From Mobula hypostoma (taxonomy: Eukaryota): a DNA stretch of 64,000 nt. Made by a program: the position numbers and the translations under genes. Below the pieces are notes generated by a model. That model was not told the origin of the DNA. It did not search any database and saw nothing but the letters and a program-made list of their open reading frames with translations. Position 1 is the first letter of the stretch, and each line of letters starts with the position of its first letter. The stretch covers positions 30,878,001-30,942,000 of the forward strand of contig NC_086109.1 of the NCBI RefSeq assembly GCF_963921235.1. The letters run 5' to 3'. Shown piece after piece: positions 35,955-47,673 of the stretch.

Positions 35955-38900
35955 AGAAATTGCTGACTATAGTGGAAAGATAGACACATTTAATTGCACA
36001 AAAGATAATTGGATGATGTATACTGAACAAATTGAACAGTATTTTGAAGCAAATAATATAGCCAATAAAAGTCAAGTTCCAATGCTGCTGAGTGTAAAGG
36101 GTGAAAAAGCATACAGTTTGCTTAGAGCTTTTACTAGAAGTTTAGCTAGTCAAGTTGAGCTTTGCTGATATTGAGAACATAATGCAGGAACTGAAACCAT
36201 TGACGCTTGCAGAACACTTTAGGTTTAATAAGCAGAATCAACAGAAAGTGGAGTACATTTTAGCTTTTGTGGTCGAATTGAAGAGATTGTACGAGTATTG
36301 TCAATTCAGTGATGGGCTTATTGATACACAGAGATCACTTAGCTTGTGGAATCTTGCAAGAAAACATTTAAAAAAAACAGCTCTGAAGTGAAACATATCT
36401 CACAATTAAAAGAGCAGTTGAAAATGCTGTATCAATGGAAACAGCTTCTAGAGATGCAATTAAATTGCAGTCAGGAATGAAAGTGAGCAGATGTAAAATT
36501 GCAACGGTTGAACAGAAACATGCCTGGCCAAACAAATTGTGTTACAGTTGTGGCAGGGACTCGCATACATTAGACCAATGCAAGTTTAAAGGTTAAACTT
36601 GCAGAAAATGCTACAAAAGGATATGTTGGGAAGGCAAAAATCAATCGACTGCAAAGGGAAGAGAAAAGATAAAACATCAAGCTGAAATTTAAAAAAAATG
36701 CATTAATCTGCATGTTGATGATGAAAAATCAGATGCTGGTGAGAGGTCACCGGACTTGGTAGCCTTGAGATCTACAATTTGAAAACTAACAAGAAACGAG
36801 CAATATGTCGTACACCAGAACTAAATCGCAAATTAATAAAAATGGAATTGGATACTGGCTCAGCATTTTCAGTCATTCCACAAAATGAGGATGAACTGAA
36901 TTTTAAAAGATACTGAACTGAAGGCAGCAGATAGCCAACTAAGAACTTATACAGGAGAAAAGAAAACTCCAGTGGGAATCGCATTCATAACAGTGAAATA
37001 CAACAACCAACAAGCCACATTGAGCTTGTATATGGTTAAAACCTGGAATGTCAGCATTGTGGGGCCATGATTGGCTGAGATAGTTGCATGTTGATTGGAG
37101 ATCCATCCAACATTTGGATGCCACATCCTCTGCAATATTCAACTGAAAGTGAATTAAGAAAACACTGCTTAATGCCACAGCAGTGTTCAAGGATGGCAAT
37201 GGAAAACTCAAACATTGAAGGTAAAATATTGTTAAATGGAAGTGCCACAGCCAAATTTTACAAAACCCATCCAGTTCTTTATACAATCTATGATAAAGTT
37301 GCTAGTGTGTTAGTTTACGTGGAGGTTGAAAGAATTTTTTCCAAGGTTGAGTGGAGCCAGTGGGCAACCCAAGTGGTCCCAATAGCCAAGAAAAATGGGT
37401 CTGTCACGATCTGTGGTGATTTTAAAGTCAATGTCAACCCAGTACTGAAAGTAGATCAATACCATCTGCCCAGGATAGAGAATATCTTTACAAACCGTTT
37501 CTGAAGGGAAACATTTCAGCAAAATGGACTTAGCTGAGGCCTATTTACAAACAAAGTGTTTTTCACCATAAACAGTCTCAAAGGGCCTGTTTTTGGAGCA
37601 GTTTCTGCACCTGCACTCTGACAGAAAGCAATAGACCAGGGGCTGCAAGGCTGCCCAGGTACTCAGTGTTACCTGGATGATATTTTAATGGTGAGGATAA
37701 CAAAGACCATCTTCACAAACACAAGACTGTATTAATAGAAGATTAGAAGATTATGGGATCAGGGCATGATACAACAATAGTGAATTTTCAAAAGAAGCAT
37801 CACTGACTGTGGTCACACCAATGATGTACAAGTTTTATTCAAGTGTACTGGAGAAAATCCAAGCAAGGGTGAATGCCCCAAGGCCAAACGACATGTCACA
37901 GTTGTGGCCCTTTTGTATGATTTGTCAATTACTATAATAGGTTCCTGCCAAACCTGGCTACTGGGCTCCATTGCTTGAACACATTACTATAGATTAAGAA
38001 GAAATGTCAATGGACAAAGCAGTTTGAGGTGGCTTTCCAACAGGCAAAGGAAATAGTGACATCAAACACTATACTCATACTTTATGATCCATATCGTCCA
38101 GTGAAGCTTGCCTCTGATTCCTCGCCTTATGTTATAGGTACAGTCATGTTACATGTTGCAAGTGATGGAAGTGAATGTCCCAAGGCATTTGCATCACGTT
38201 CCCTTACCTCTGGAAAGAAAATTTTGCACAGACTGACAGAGAGGCCTTGAGTCTGGATTGTGGTGTAAAATGTTTCAACCAGTACCTGTCTGGGAGAGAG
38301 TTTACCCCAGTGTCCATTTTCAATCCACGGTAGAGTGGCCCACTAATTGCAGCATCACGAATGCAGAGATGAAAAAATACAATTACAAGATTGAATTCAA
38401 GAGGACAGTAACCATGAGAATGTTGATGGATTGTCCCATTTATCCTTCAAAAAGAATATACCTGAAAAAATTTACAAAAGTTGGCACTCTTCTTGATGTA
38501 GTCTCCCTAATGCAAATCAATAGTCTCCCTATTACGGCAGAAATGATCCAAAGGGAAATCAGAAAAGACACCACACTGTCTCAGGTCTACAAGCCAACCC
38601 TAAATAGCTGGAATGGTAGGAGAAATTCCTGTTCTCCCGTTTTTACCAGTGCCAGGTTGAACTTTCCCCTGATGGGGGTTGCCCTACTTGAAAGCATGAG
38701 CTCAGAGCTTTGTCTGGTAGCCTGGGATGGATCACAAGATTGAGTAGCTTGCTATGCACTTCTTGGGATGCCCACACATCCAGAAGATGCCAAGATCAAC
38801 ACCTCTCTATCCCTGAAAATGGCTTATATTGCCCTGGCAGAAGGTTCATGTGGATTTTTTCAAATGATAATGGGCACAAATTCTTTGTAGTACTAGCCAG

Positions 38901-39370
38901 AAAGTGGCCAGAAGGGTCTCCAATAGCCTCCACCACAGCCTGGCACACTGTTGGTGTGTTGAGAAGCCTCTTCTCAATGACTGGTGTTCCAGAAGACTAA
39001 GTCTGTAACAATAGACCACAGTTTGTTGTGAAACAGTTTCAGCCATTCTTGAAAGTGATTAGTATAAGATACATTACATCTGCACTGTACTACCCAGCTA
39101 TAAATGGCTTGGTGGAAAGGTTTGTTCAAAGTCCAAAGGACGCACTGTGAGCAAGGTGAGCAGAACACACTACTCGGACACTGAATCAGAAGCTCATCAA
39201 TTTCCTCATGCATATTGCAGTGCAGCACACTCCAAAACCAACAAATCACCAGCAATCCTGTTCCCCTGTTGTCCCTTGTGCTCACACTTGGATCTCTTCA
39301 AACCCAATCTCAGAAGGAGTATGCAGGACAAAGATCTGAGACAAATTGAGGACTCCTTGAACAATGAGGT
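35955..39370 (+). pseudogene. Gypsy gag-pol pseudogene (PR-RT-RH-IN order)
   Basis: Gag YTEQIEQYFEAN, zinc knuckle CYSCGRDSHTLDQC, protease MELDTGSAFSVI, RT WATQVVPIAKKNGSVTICGDFK and YLDD, RNase H LASDSSPYVIG, integrase YPAINGLVERFV. Many stops and frameshifts. Confidence 0.9.
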
Positions 39371-39371
39371 T

Positions 39372-40214
39372 TGATGTTTACAGCGGGACATTGATAAGAT
39401 GCAAAACTGGGCTGAGAAGTGGCAGATGGAGTTTAACCCAGATAAGTGTGAAGTGGTTGATTTTGGTAGGCCAAATATAATGGCAGAATATAGTATTAAT
39501 GGTGAGACTCATGGCAGTGTGGAGAATCAGAGGGATCTTGAGGTCTGAGTCCATAGGACGCTCAAAGCAGCTGTGCAGGTTGACTCTGTGGTTAAGATGG
39601 CCTTCATCAATCGTGGAATTGAGTTTAGGAGCCGAGAGGTAATGTTGCAGCTATATAGGACTCTGGTCAGATCCCACTTAGAGTACTGTGCTCAGTTCTG
39701 GTCAGCTCACTTCAGGAAGGACGTGAAAACCATAGAAAGGATGCAGAGAAGATTTACAAGGATGTTGCCTGGATTGGGGACCATGCCTTATGAGGATAGG
39801 TTGAGTGAACTCGGCCTTTTCTCCTTGGAGCAACGGAGAATGAGAGGTGATCTGATAGAGGTGTATAAGATGATGAGAGGTATTGATTGTGTGGATAGTC
39901 AGAGGCTTTTTCCCAGGGCTGAAATGGTTGTCACAAGAGGACACAGATTTAAGGTGCTGGGGAGTAGGTACAGAGGAGATGTCAGGGGTAAGTTTTTAAG
40001 GCAGAGAGTGGTGAGTGCGAGGAATGGGTTGCCAGCAATGGTGGTGGAGGCAGATACAATAGGGTCTTTTAAAAGACTGATGGATAGGTACATGGAGCTC
40101 AGAAAAATAGAGGGCTATGGGTAAGCCAAGTAATTTCTAAAGTAGGGACATGTTCCGCACAACTTTGTGGTCCGAAGGGCCTGTATTGTGGTGTAGGTTT
40201 TCTATGTTTCTATG
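39372..40214 (+). mobile_element. Young CR1 3' fragment
   Basis: ORF 39573-40124 (LYRTLVRSHLEYCAQFWS) with tail ttctatgtttctatg. Very similar to 58790-59646. Confidence 0.92.
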
Positions 40215-40892
40215 CCCTGAAGGTTAACCTCTAGGTTGAGCCAGTGGTGCAGAAGGCGAATAGAGTACAGGAGCAGGGATGTGATATTGAGGCTCTATAA
40301 GGCACTTACGAGGTCACACTTGGAGTATTGTGTGCAGTTTTGGGGCTCCTTATTTTAGAAAGGATATACTGACATTGGAGAGGGTTCAGAGAAGATTCAC
40401 GAGAATGTTTCTGGAAATGAAAGGGTTACCGTATGAGGAACATCTGGCAGCTCTAGGGCTGTATTCCCTGGAGTTCAGGAGAATGAGGGGGGATCTCATA
40501 GAAACATTCCAAACGTTAAAAGGCCTGAACAGATTAGATATGGCAAAGTTATTTCGCATGGTAGGGGAATCAAGTCAAGAGAGCACGACTTCAGGATTGA
40601 AGGACGTCCATTTAGAACAGAATTGCGGAGAAATTACTTTAGTCAGAGGGTGGTAAATCTGTGGAATTGGTTATCATGAGTGGCTGTAGAGGCCAAGTCA
40701 TTGGGTGTATTTAAGGTAGAGATAGATAGATTCTTGATAGATTCTTGATTAGCCAGGGCATCAAAAGGTATGGGGAGAAGGCAGGAGAGTGGGGATGACT
40801 GGAAGAATTGGATCAGCCCATAATTGAATGGTGGAGCAGACTGGATAAGCTGAATAGCCTGCTTCTGCTCCTATATTTTATGGTCTTATGAC
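40215..40892 (+). mobile_element. CR1 3' fragment of another subfamily
   Basis: PYFRKDILTLERVQRRFTRM...RGDLIETF with tail ttatggtcttatg. Confidence 0.9.
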
Positions 40893-40974
40893 TGTAGTTA
40901 CAGTCTACAGTATTACTATATAATACTGTATTTGTATTATACAGTATACTGTGTGTGACACAACAGACAATGTG

Positions 40975-42320
40975 AGCAAAACACAAAATACTCTGCAGAT
41001 GCTGGGGTCAAAGCAACAGTCACAACATGCTGGAGGAACTCAGCAGGTCGTGCAGCATCCGTGGAAACGATCAGTCAAAGTTTCAGGCCGGAACCCTTCA
41101 TCAGGACTGTAGAGGGAAGGGGCAGAGGCCCTATAAAGAAGGAGAGGGGAGGGTGGGAAGGAGAAGGCTGGTAGGTTCCATGTGAAAAACCAATAAGGGG
41201 AAAGATAAAGGGGTGGGGGAGGGGAAGCAGGGAGGTGATAGGCAGGAAAGGGGAAAACACAACGGGTAGTAGAAGGAGGCGGAACCATGAGGGAGGTGAT
41301 AGGCAGCTGGGGGAGGGGCAGTGTGAAATAGGGATAGGGGAATGGAGGGGGAGGGAATTACCAGAAGTTGCAGAATTCTATGTTCATACCAAGGGGCTGG
41401 AGACTACCTAGACGGTATATGAGGTGTTTCTCCTCCACCCTGAGTTTAGCCTCATCATGGCAGTAGAGGAGGCAATGTACGGACATATCCAAATGCGAAT
41501 GGGAAGCAGAGTTCAAGTGGGTGGCAACCGAGAGATCCTGTCTGTTGTGGCAGACAGAGCGGAGGTGCTTGATGAAGCGGTCCCCCAATCTGCATTGGGT
41601 TTCACCGATGTAGAGGAGGCCACACCAGGAGCACCAGATGCAATAGATGACCCCAACAGACTCACAAGTGAAGTGTTGCCTCACCTGGAAGGACTGTTTT
41701 GGTCCCTGAATGGTGGCAAGAGAGGAGGTGTAGGGACAGGTGTAGCACTTATGCTTACAGGGATAAGCACCGGGTGGGAGATCCATGTGGAGGGATCGAT
41801 CCCTGCAGAAAGCGGAGAGGGGTGGAGAGGGAAATATGTGCTTAGTGGTGGGGTCCTGTTGAAGGTGACGGAAGTTGCGGAGGTTAATGTGCTGGAATGC
41901 GAGCAGATCCTCAGGTGAAGTTTTACCTCACCTGGAATGACTGTTTGGGGCCCTGAATGAAGGTGAGAGAGGCAGTGAATGGGCAGGTGTAGTACTTTGG
42001 CCTCTTGTAGAGATAAGTGCGAGGAGGGAGATTAGTGGGGAGATAAATGGTCAAGGGAATCACAGAAGGAGCAACCCTTACAGAAAGCAGAGCGAAAGGG
42101 AAAGGTAATTATGTATTTGGTGGTAGGATCCCTTTGGAGATGGTGAAAGTTGTGGAGAATGATGTTTTGGATGCGGATGCTCTTGGGGTTGTCGGTAAGG
42201 ACAAGGGGATCTCTATCACTGTAAAGGCAGTGGGAAGATGGAGTGAGTGCAGATGTTCGAGAAATGAAGGAGATGCATCATTGGTGGAGAAAGAGAAATC
42301 CTGTTCTTTGAAAGAGGAAA
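40975..42320 (-). mobile_element. Penelope-like element fragments with GIY-YIG endonuclease and terminal repeat
   Basis: ORF 41358-41786 contains FTCESVGVIYCIWCSWCGLLYIGETQCRLGDRFIKH...GSLQPLGMN, a GIY-YIG domain. A second, older copy of the upstream part lies at 41910-42320. Confidence 0.9.
41072..41109 (-). ncRNA. Minimal type I hammerhead ribozyme motif in the Penelope terminus (stem III mutated)
   Basis: Minus strand reads CAGTC-CTGATGA-AGG-GTTCCGG-CCT-GAAAC-TTT-GACTG: stem I CAGTC/GACTG, core CUGAUGA, stem II AGG/CCT, GAAA. Confidence 0.7.
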
Positions 42321-42589
42321 TTTATAATGCGATGGATGTGTATATAGTCATTGTATTATATAGAATACTGTGTGTGTTTATGTGTGTCTATGACTAATAA
42401 GCAATATATTACACATTTGAGTTGAGATGCATTCTATATTAAGTTGGCATTTATAGCTAAGCTGGAAGGAGTGCAGTTTTTAATATTTCAGTAATGCTTG
42501 AGCAATATTGTAAATATATGGATTGATTGAGCAGTCTTTGTTTATATAATTCATTATGGGTTATATGTAGCAAAAACGTGAATGCCATA

Positions 42590-42722
42590 AACAAGAGAAA
42601 ATCTGCAGATGCTGGAAATCCGAGCAACACACACAAAGCGCTGAAGGAACTCAGCAGGCCAGGCATCACCTATGGAAAAAAGTACAGTCGGCGTTACGGG
42701 CTGAAACCCTTCGGCAGGTCTG
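42590..42722 (-). mobile_element. Penelope-derived short element inserted in the Gypsy 3' LTR
   Basis: Perfect 12-bp TSD gtgaatgccata at 42578-42589 and 42723-42734. Confidence 0.9.
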
Positions 42723-43249
42723 GTGAATGCCATATACCATTACACCACCACGTCATATGTGAGTGCCTGATTAGAAAAAGGAAGGAAAAACTAAGTAGAC
42801 ACGTTTCTGTCTCCTGTGTTTTTTTTTCCCTCAATTAGTTTCTTGTGTTTCACAACATAATGCTCCTGTTTCTTCCTTTTGAATTATTTTACATTTGGTT
42901 CTTTATATCTTGGTAACTAAGTGCATTGCAGAGAAAACGTTTCAGCCAATGTTCACATTTTTGTCCCTTCACTTTCAATGAAAACATTTTTCACAATGCA
43001 TTGCTTCAATTATCTACAATATAATTCCAAAACAAGATTTGTCCTCAAGGACACAAGTTGCTGGTATTTCTTTAAAGAGTGACAACATAATATTAAGCTA
43101 CATTGTAATGAATTATTTTTATCCTCTTTTTGTCACAAATAATATGGGCATTGTAATTGGTCCTTGACTTTACCATACCCAGGAGGCAATCAGAGATCGA
43201 TTGATTTATTTAAATAGAACACATTCTAATTTCTTTGTAATTGAGATCA

Positions 43250-45490
43250 CAAGAATAGGTTATGGTTTGCAATCTCCATTCCCCAGACTGTAAACTTGCA
43301 GCATTGCCAATGAGGACTGGCTCATGGACCTGCGGTTTACTTCTCCTGAAGTTAATGATCAGCTCCTTGGTCTTGCTGACATTGAGTGAGAAGTTGCTGT
43401 TGTGGCACCACTCAGCCAGACTTTCAATCTCCTTTCTATATGTTGATTCTTTATCACCTTTGATTCAGTTAATGACATCAATGCTGTCAGCAATCTTAAA
43501 TATGGTATTGGAACAGTACTTAGCCACACAGTCTTAAGTATAAAGCAAGTAGAGCAGGGGCTAAACACAGCCTTGTGGTACACCTGTGCTGATGGAGATT
43601 TTGGAGTAGATGTTCTACCAGTCTAAACTGTCTGGTGTCTGCAAGTGAGGAAATTGAAGATCCAGTTGGGCAAGGAGATTCTATAGCCAAGGTCTTGAAG
43701 CTTATTGATTAGTTTTGAGGGAATGATAGTATTGAATGCCGAGCTGTAATCCATGAAGAGAATCCTAAGGTAAACATCTTTGCTGTCCAGATGTTCTAAG
43801 ATTGAGTGAAGATCTAATATAATGGCACCTGCTCTGGACCTGTTGTAATGGTAGGCATATTGTTGTGGATCCAAGTCGCTTCTCAATCAGGAGTTGATAT
43901 ATTTCATCACCAAACTCTCAAAGGACTTCATCACAGAGAATGTTAGTGTTACTGGACAATAGTCAAAAGGTAGGTTACCACATTCTTCTGAGACACAGGT
44001 ATAATTGAAGCCTACTTGAAGCATGATATCGTATCAATGAAAGACCAAACCAACTGGGCATAGAACTAGGGTGCAAAAGACAACAAATTGTTCAAATAAA
44101 AAAAAAGAAATAATAATAATACATAAAAATAAATAAACAATAAATGGCAATAACCTGAGATGAAGAGTCCTTAAAAGTGAGTCTATAGGTTGTCACTTTG
44201 TTGTCAGATGTGAATGCTACTGCTCTGTCCGTCAGCAGATTCTGGATCACATCGTTCATTCAGGGCTTCTGGTTGGGAAAGACTCTGAATAACCTTGTGG
44301 GGACAAACTCTTCAAAGACTACTATTATATAGTAGTGATAACTGATAACTGTGGTGCATTCATTCAGATCCCCTGAGTCATTAAACACAGCCCAGTTCAC
44401 CGATATGAAGCAGTCCCATAATCACTCCTTTACCTCCTGTGACCATCTTTTTGCTCTCCTTATCTCTGGAGTCTTGTTCCTTAGTCTCTGCCTGAATGCA
44501 GATAAGAGGAGGACAGCCAAGTGATCAGATTTCCCAAAATGTGGTCCAGGCATGAAACACTAGGCATTCCTAATCATAGTATTGCATGGTCAAGTGTGAT
44601 GAGACCCCTGGCACTGCAGGTTATACAGTACTGTGCAAAAGTCTGAGGCACCTTGGCTATATATATGTGCCTAAGACTTTTGCACAGTACTGTATGTTAA
44701 TGATAATTGAGTAGAGATTTCTTCAAGCCTATTTGAAGTCCATGACAATGATTTGAAAAGTGCCAGGTTAGTCTGTTTCTTGTTTACTGATGGCAACACT
44801 TAATCTCTTGAGTGCCTGTTTAATGTCAATCTTTGGCAGTAAGTAAACTATAGTCAGGATTACGGAGAACTCTCTTGGTAAGTAGAAAAGTTGGCACTTA
44901 ATTGATAGATGTTCCAGGTCAGGGGAACAAGAAAGCAACAAGACCACCGTGTCTGAACACCATAAAGAGTTTATCATAAAACATAGACCCCATCTTTTAT
45001 CTTCTCCAAATCAGCAGTCCTTTCCATCCAGTTCATAGAGAAGCCCCCATGTCTTCCTGACATATTTGGCATATCCAGGATGAGCCATGTCTCCATGAAA
45101 CATAGAGCACAACAATTCCTCAATTCCCTACATCCAGAAATCTTGCCTTTAGGTCCACAATCTTGTTCTTCAGTGGCTGTACATTTGCTAGCAAGATGCT
45201 GGGTGGAGTTTTGTTGTCCAGTGTTTCAGTCTGGCATGGAGTTCTCCCCTCCTCCTGCTCTTTTGACTGTGGTGATGTACCTTCTTAAAGGTGCCTTACC
45301 TGCACGCTTGAGAGTTAAATCTGCCGAGTCCTTCAGAAGATTGTGAAATCGCTAATTCATTAAGGTGGTTTGAAAGTGCGTTACTTAAGGGGAAATTACA
45401 GGCTTCAGTAAGAGTAGTTCAGAAGAAGTATATTTAGAAGTTTTGTAAGCTGCCCGCAATGTGTCCCTGTGGTTTGCCTGCACCATCTTG
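43250..45490 (-). mobile_element. Old Rex1-clade LINE (5' end, EN and RT remnants)
   Basis: LDPQQYAY and LRILFMDYSSAFNTIIPSKL, EN remnants (FGKSDHLAVLL, METW), and a minus-strand 5' end caagatggtgcagg. Confidence 0.82.
44626..44692. mobile_element. 67-bp Tc1 MITE
   Basis: TA|CAGTACTGTGCAAAAGTCTGAGGCAC...GTGCCTAAGACTTTTGCACAGTACTG|TA. Confidence 0.92.
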
Positions 45491-45504
45491 ACATTAAAAC
45501 GGGG

Positions 45505-46160
45505 ATGAAGAAGTGGTGAAGAAGGCATGTGGCAACTTTCCTTCATTGGTCAGGGAATAGAGTATATGGATTGGAATATTATGTTGCAGCTTTACAAAAT
45601 AATTGTTAGATTTCATTTGGAATGCTGAGCGCACTTCTGGTTGCCAGACTGTAAGAAGGATGTGATTGTGTTGTAGACAATGCAGAGGACATTGACCAGA
45701 ATGTTATCTCAATTGTAGGAAATTAGTTATGGGGAGAAACTGGATGAACTATGTTTGTTTTAACTGAAGCAATGGTGGTAGAAGGGTGATTCAATGATTG
45801 TATATAAAATTATGTGAGGAATAGATAGTCAGAATGTACTTTATTTCCATGATAAGAGTATTAGAAGCACAAGGGCATAGATTTAAGGTGAAAGGTCATA
45901 GTTGTAAAGGGATTTGAGGGATAAGTTTATCATATATAGAGATGCTTGATATCTGGAACATATTGCCCAAGCATGTGGTGGAATTATTGATGCATTTTGC
46001 TGTAGTTTGATACACTTAAACAGGCTAGGCAAAGAAGGTCATGGTCCTAAGGTGGACAAATGGGATCAGTGTGCATTGCTTAGAAGGTAGGCATGGATAT
46101 GATGAGCCGAAGGGCTGATTTCTGTATGGTATAACTGTGTGATTTTATGACACTATGCTG
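45505..46160 (+). mobile_element. Degraded CR1 3' fragment
   Basis: MLQLYKIIVRFHLEC*AHFW, TRA*xFKV and a CR1 tail gccgaagggctgatttctg. Confidence 0.8.
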
Positions 46161-47523
46161 CAAAGTGCCATGCAAAGGATTAGACTTGATTCAGGAATAA
46201 AATCCCACTTGGCTGAGGTTACAATTAGAGTTATTTAACACATTCAGGCAGCCTATTGGTAATTCCAACCTAGTTCTTAAGCTCTTGGTGGTTCATTGAG
46301 GACAGAAATGTCTGAACTAGAAGGATTACTTAAAAACAGAAAAGACTGACTTTACTGGTGAAAATTGATTGCTGACTTAATGAGATCATGATTATCTTCT
46401 TGTAGACCCTCTAACCTCCAATATCAGGAAAGCTTGTTGGTGGGACTCTATCATCAATCAAGGACACTGAATTGATCATAGAAGGGCAGTAAAACCTTGT
46501 CAAGTATCTGCTGAAGTTTCAACCTGCCTTATCGAGACTATGATCTGAACCAAACATAATTACTTTAAATAGTTGGAAGCTGTCACCAATGGTAGCAGAA
46601 ACATGTTCCTGCAATTGATTTTGCTGCTGATTTGTGGCCTGTCACATTAATTTGATGTGGGATTGTAAGTAACAGATCTGTTGATGAAGGGAGGATGTTC
46701 TGTCTAGTGGCACCAAGGGAGTCTTTTTAGATTGAGATAACAGGGGCTTCTCTGGATTCCCTTGAAAGTGGATATGGGGGAGCTATAGAGAGGTTAGAGA
46801 ATATGGGTTAGGCCATCATTATTTTACACCGTTGTATCCCATGGTTAACTAAAGAGTCCGAAGAAACATTAGTATCTTTCACGATGCTTTGTCCTTATTA
46901 TCCACTGATTAGTTAATTCTGTATTCAAGAGGTCAGCCTTAAGCTCTATCTTGAATTTTTTGAACAAATATATTTGTATATGTGTACACAGTGAGGAACT
47001 AACCGTTGTGTACATGTAAATATGGTAATTAATTTCTTGACCACTTGTGTGCCACTCTAATAGAAAGAAAACATCACACAGCTACACCTTGTGATTTCAA
47101 AACTGATCACTGCTTGTTAATTTCAATTGGAGTAATTTGTTAGCTAATTATATTTTCTTTCAGGTATTTAAATGTTCTATGTGTTTATTAATGTGTTTAA
47201 TGATCTTAGACTATCACAGGGTGTATTTACGTTTAATTGGAGAGTGTATTGAGTACAAAGGAGGTGATCATAGTGGTATCCATGTATTTTGTAATCAATA
47301 GGAGGTCCATGCCACTATTTCTATCAGAATTAATTTAAGAAATGTTACATTCAGGTTTACTGCAGTTAGGCTGCTAATGAGGAACTGTGAGCTGAAATTC
47401 TAAACTTGACTAACAATACAACTCCAGCTTCCTCCAAAGTGACTATTTTGTCATTTTATGTTGAGTCTTCAGGGGTAAGCTGAGGGTTAAACATTGATTC
47501 CTGTGTTGTCTGTTTTGTTCTAG

Positions 47524-47673
47524 GTCAGCTGGCTGTGGGTACATGTGAAATAGTTACCTTGGACAGAGATAGTAGTCAACCACGGAGAACAATAGCCAGA
47601 CAAACAGCACGATGTGCTTGTAGGAGAGGACAGATTGCTGGTACGACAAGAGCCAAGCCAGCATGTGTGGATG
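47524..47673 (+). CDS. TAFA5: Internal coding exon of TAFA chemokine-like family member 5 (FAM19A5)
   Basis: Acceptor tgttgtctgttttgttctag (AG 47522-47523) and donor G|gtaagt (47674). The 150-bp phase 1/1 exon reads (G)QLAVGTCEIVTLDRDSSQPRRTIARQTARCACRRGQIAGTTRAKPACVD, near-identical to the mammalian TAFA5 segment as I recall it (QLAAGTCEIVTLDRDSSQPRRTIARQTARCACRKGQIAGTTRARPACVD). Confidence 0.97.

Larger units (their letters stand above)
34933..42860 (+). mobile_element. Decayed full-length Gypsy LTR retrotransposon with nested insertions
   Basis: 5' LTR about 34933-35162 ending caaaacataaCA, then a PBS-like tggtgatgagg (35164-35174) and gag-pol remnants. A polypurine tract ggaaggag precedes a homologous 3' LTR at 42472-42860. 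Confidence 0.85.

Noticed and set aside
41424..42397. Plus-strand ORFs of 164 and 116 aa
   Set aside because: They are antisense frames of the minus-strand Penelope coding remnants.
47164..47474. Possible extra exon ending at the donor g|gtaagc (47475)
   Set aside because: It would leave only a 49-nt intron before the TAFA5 exon and contains many stop codons.
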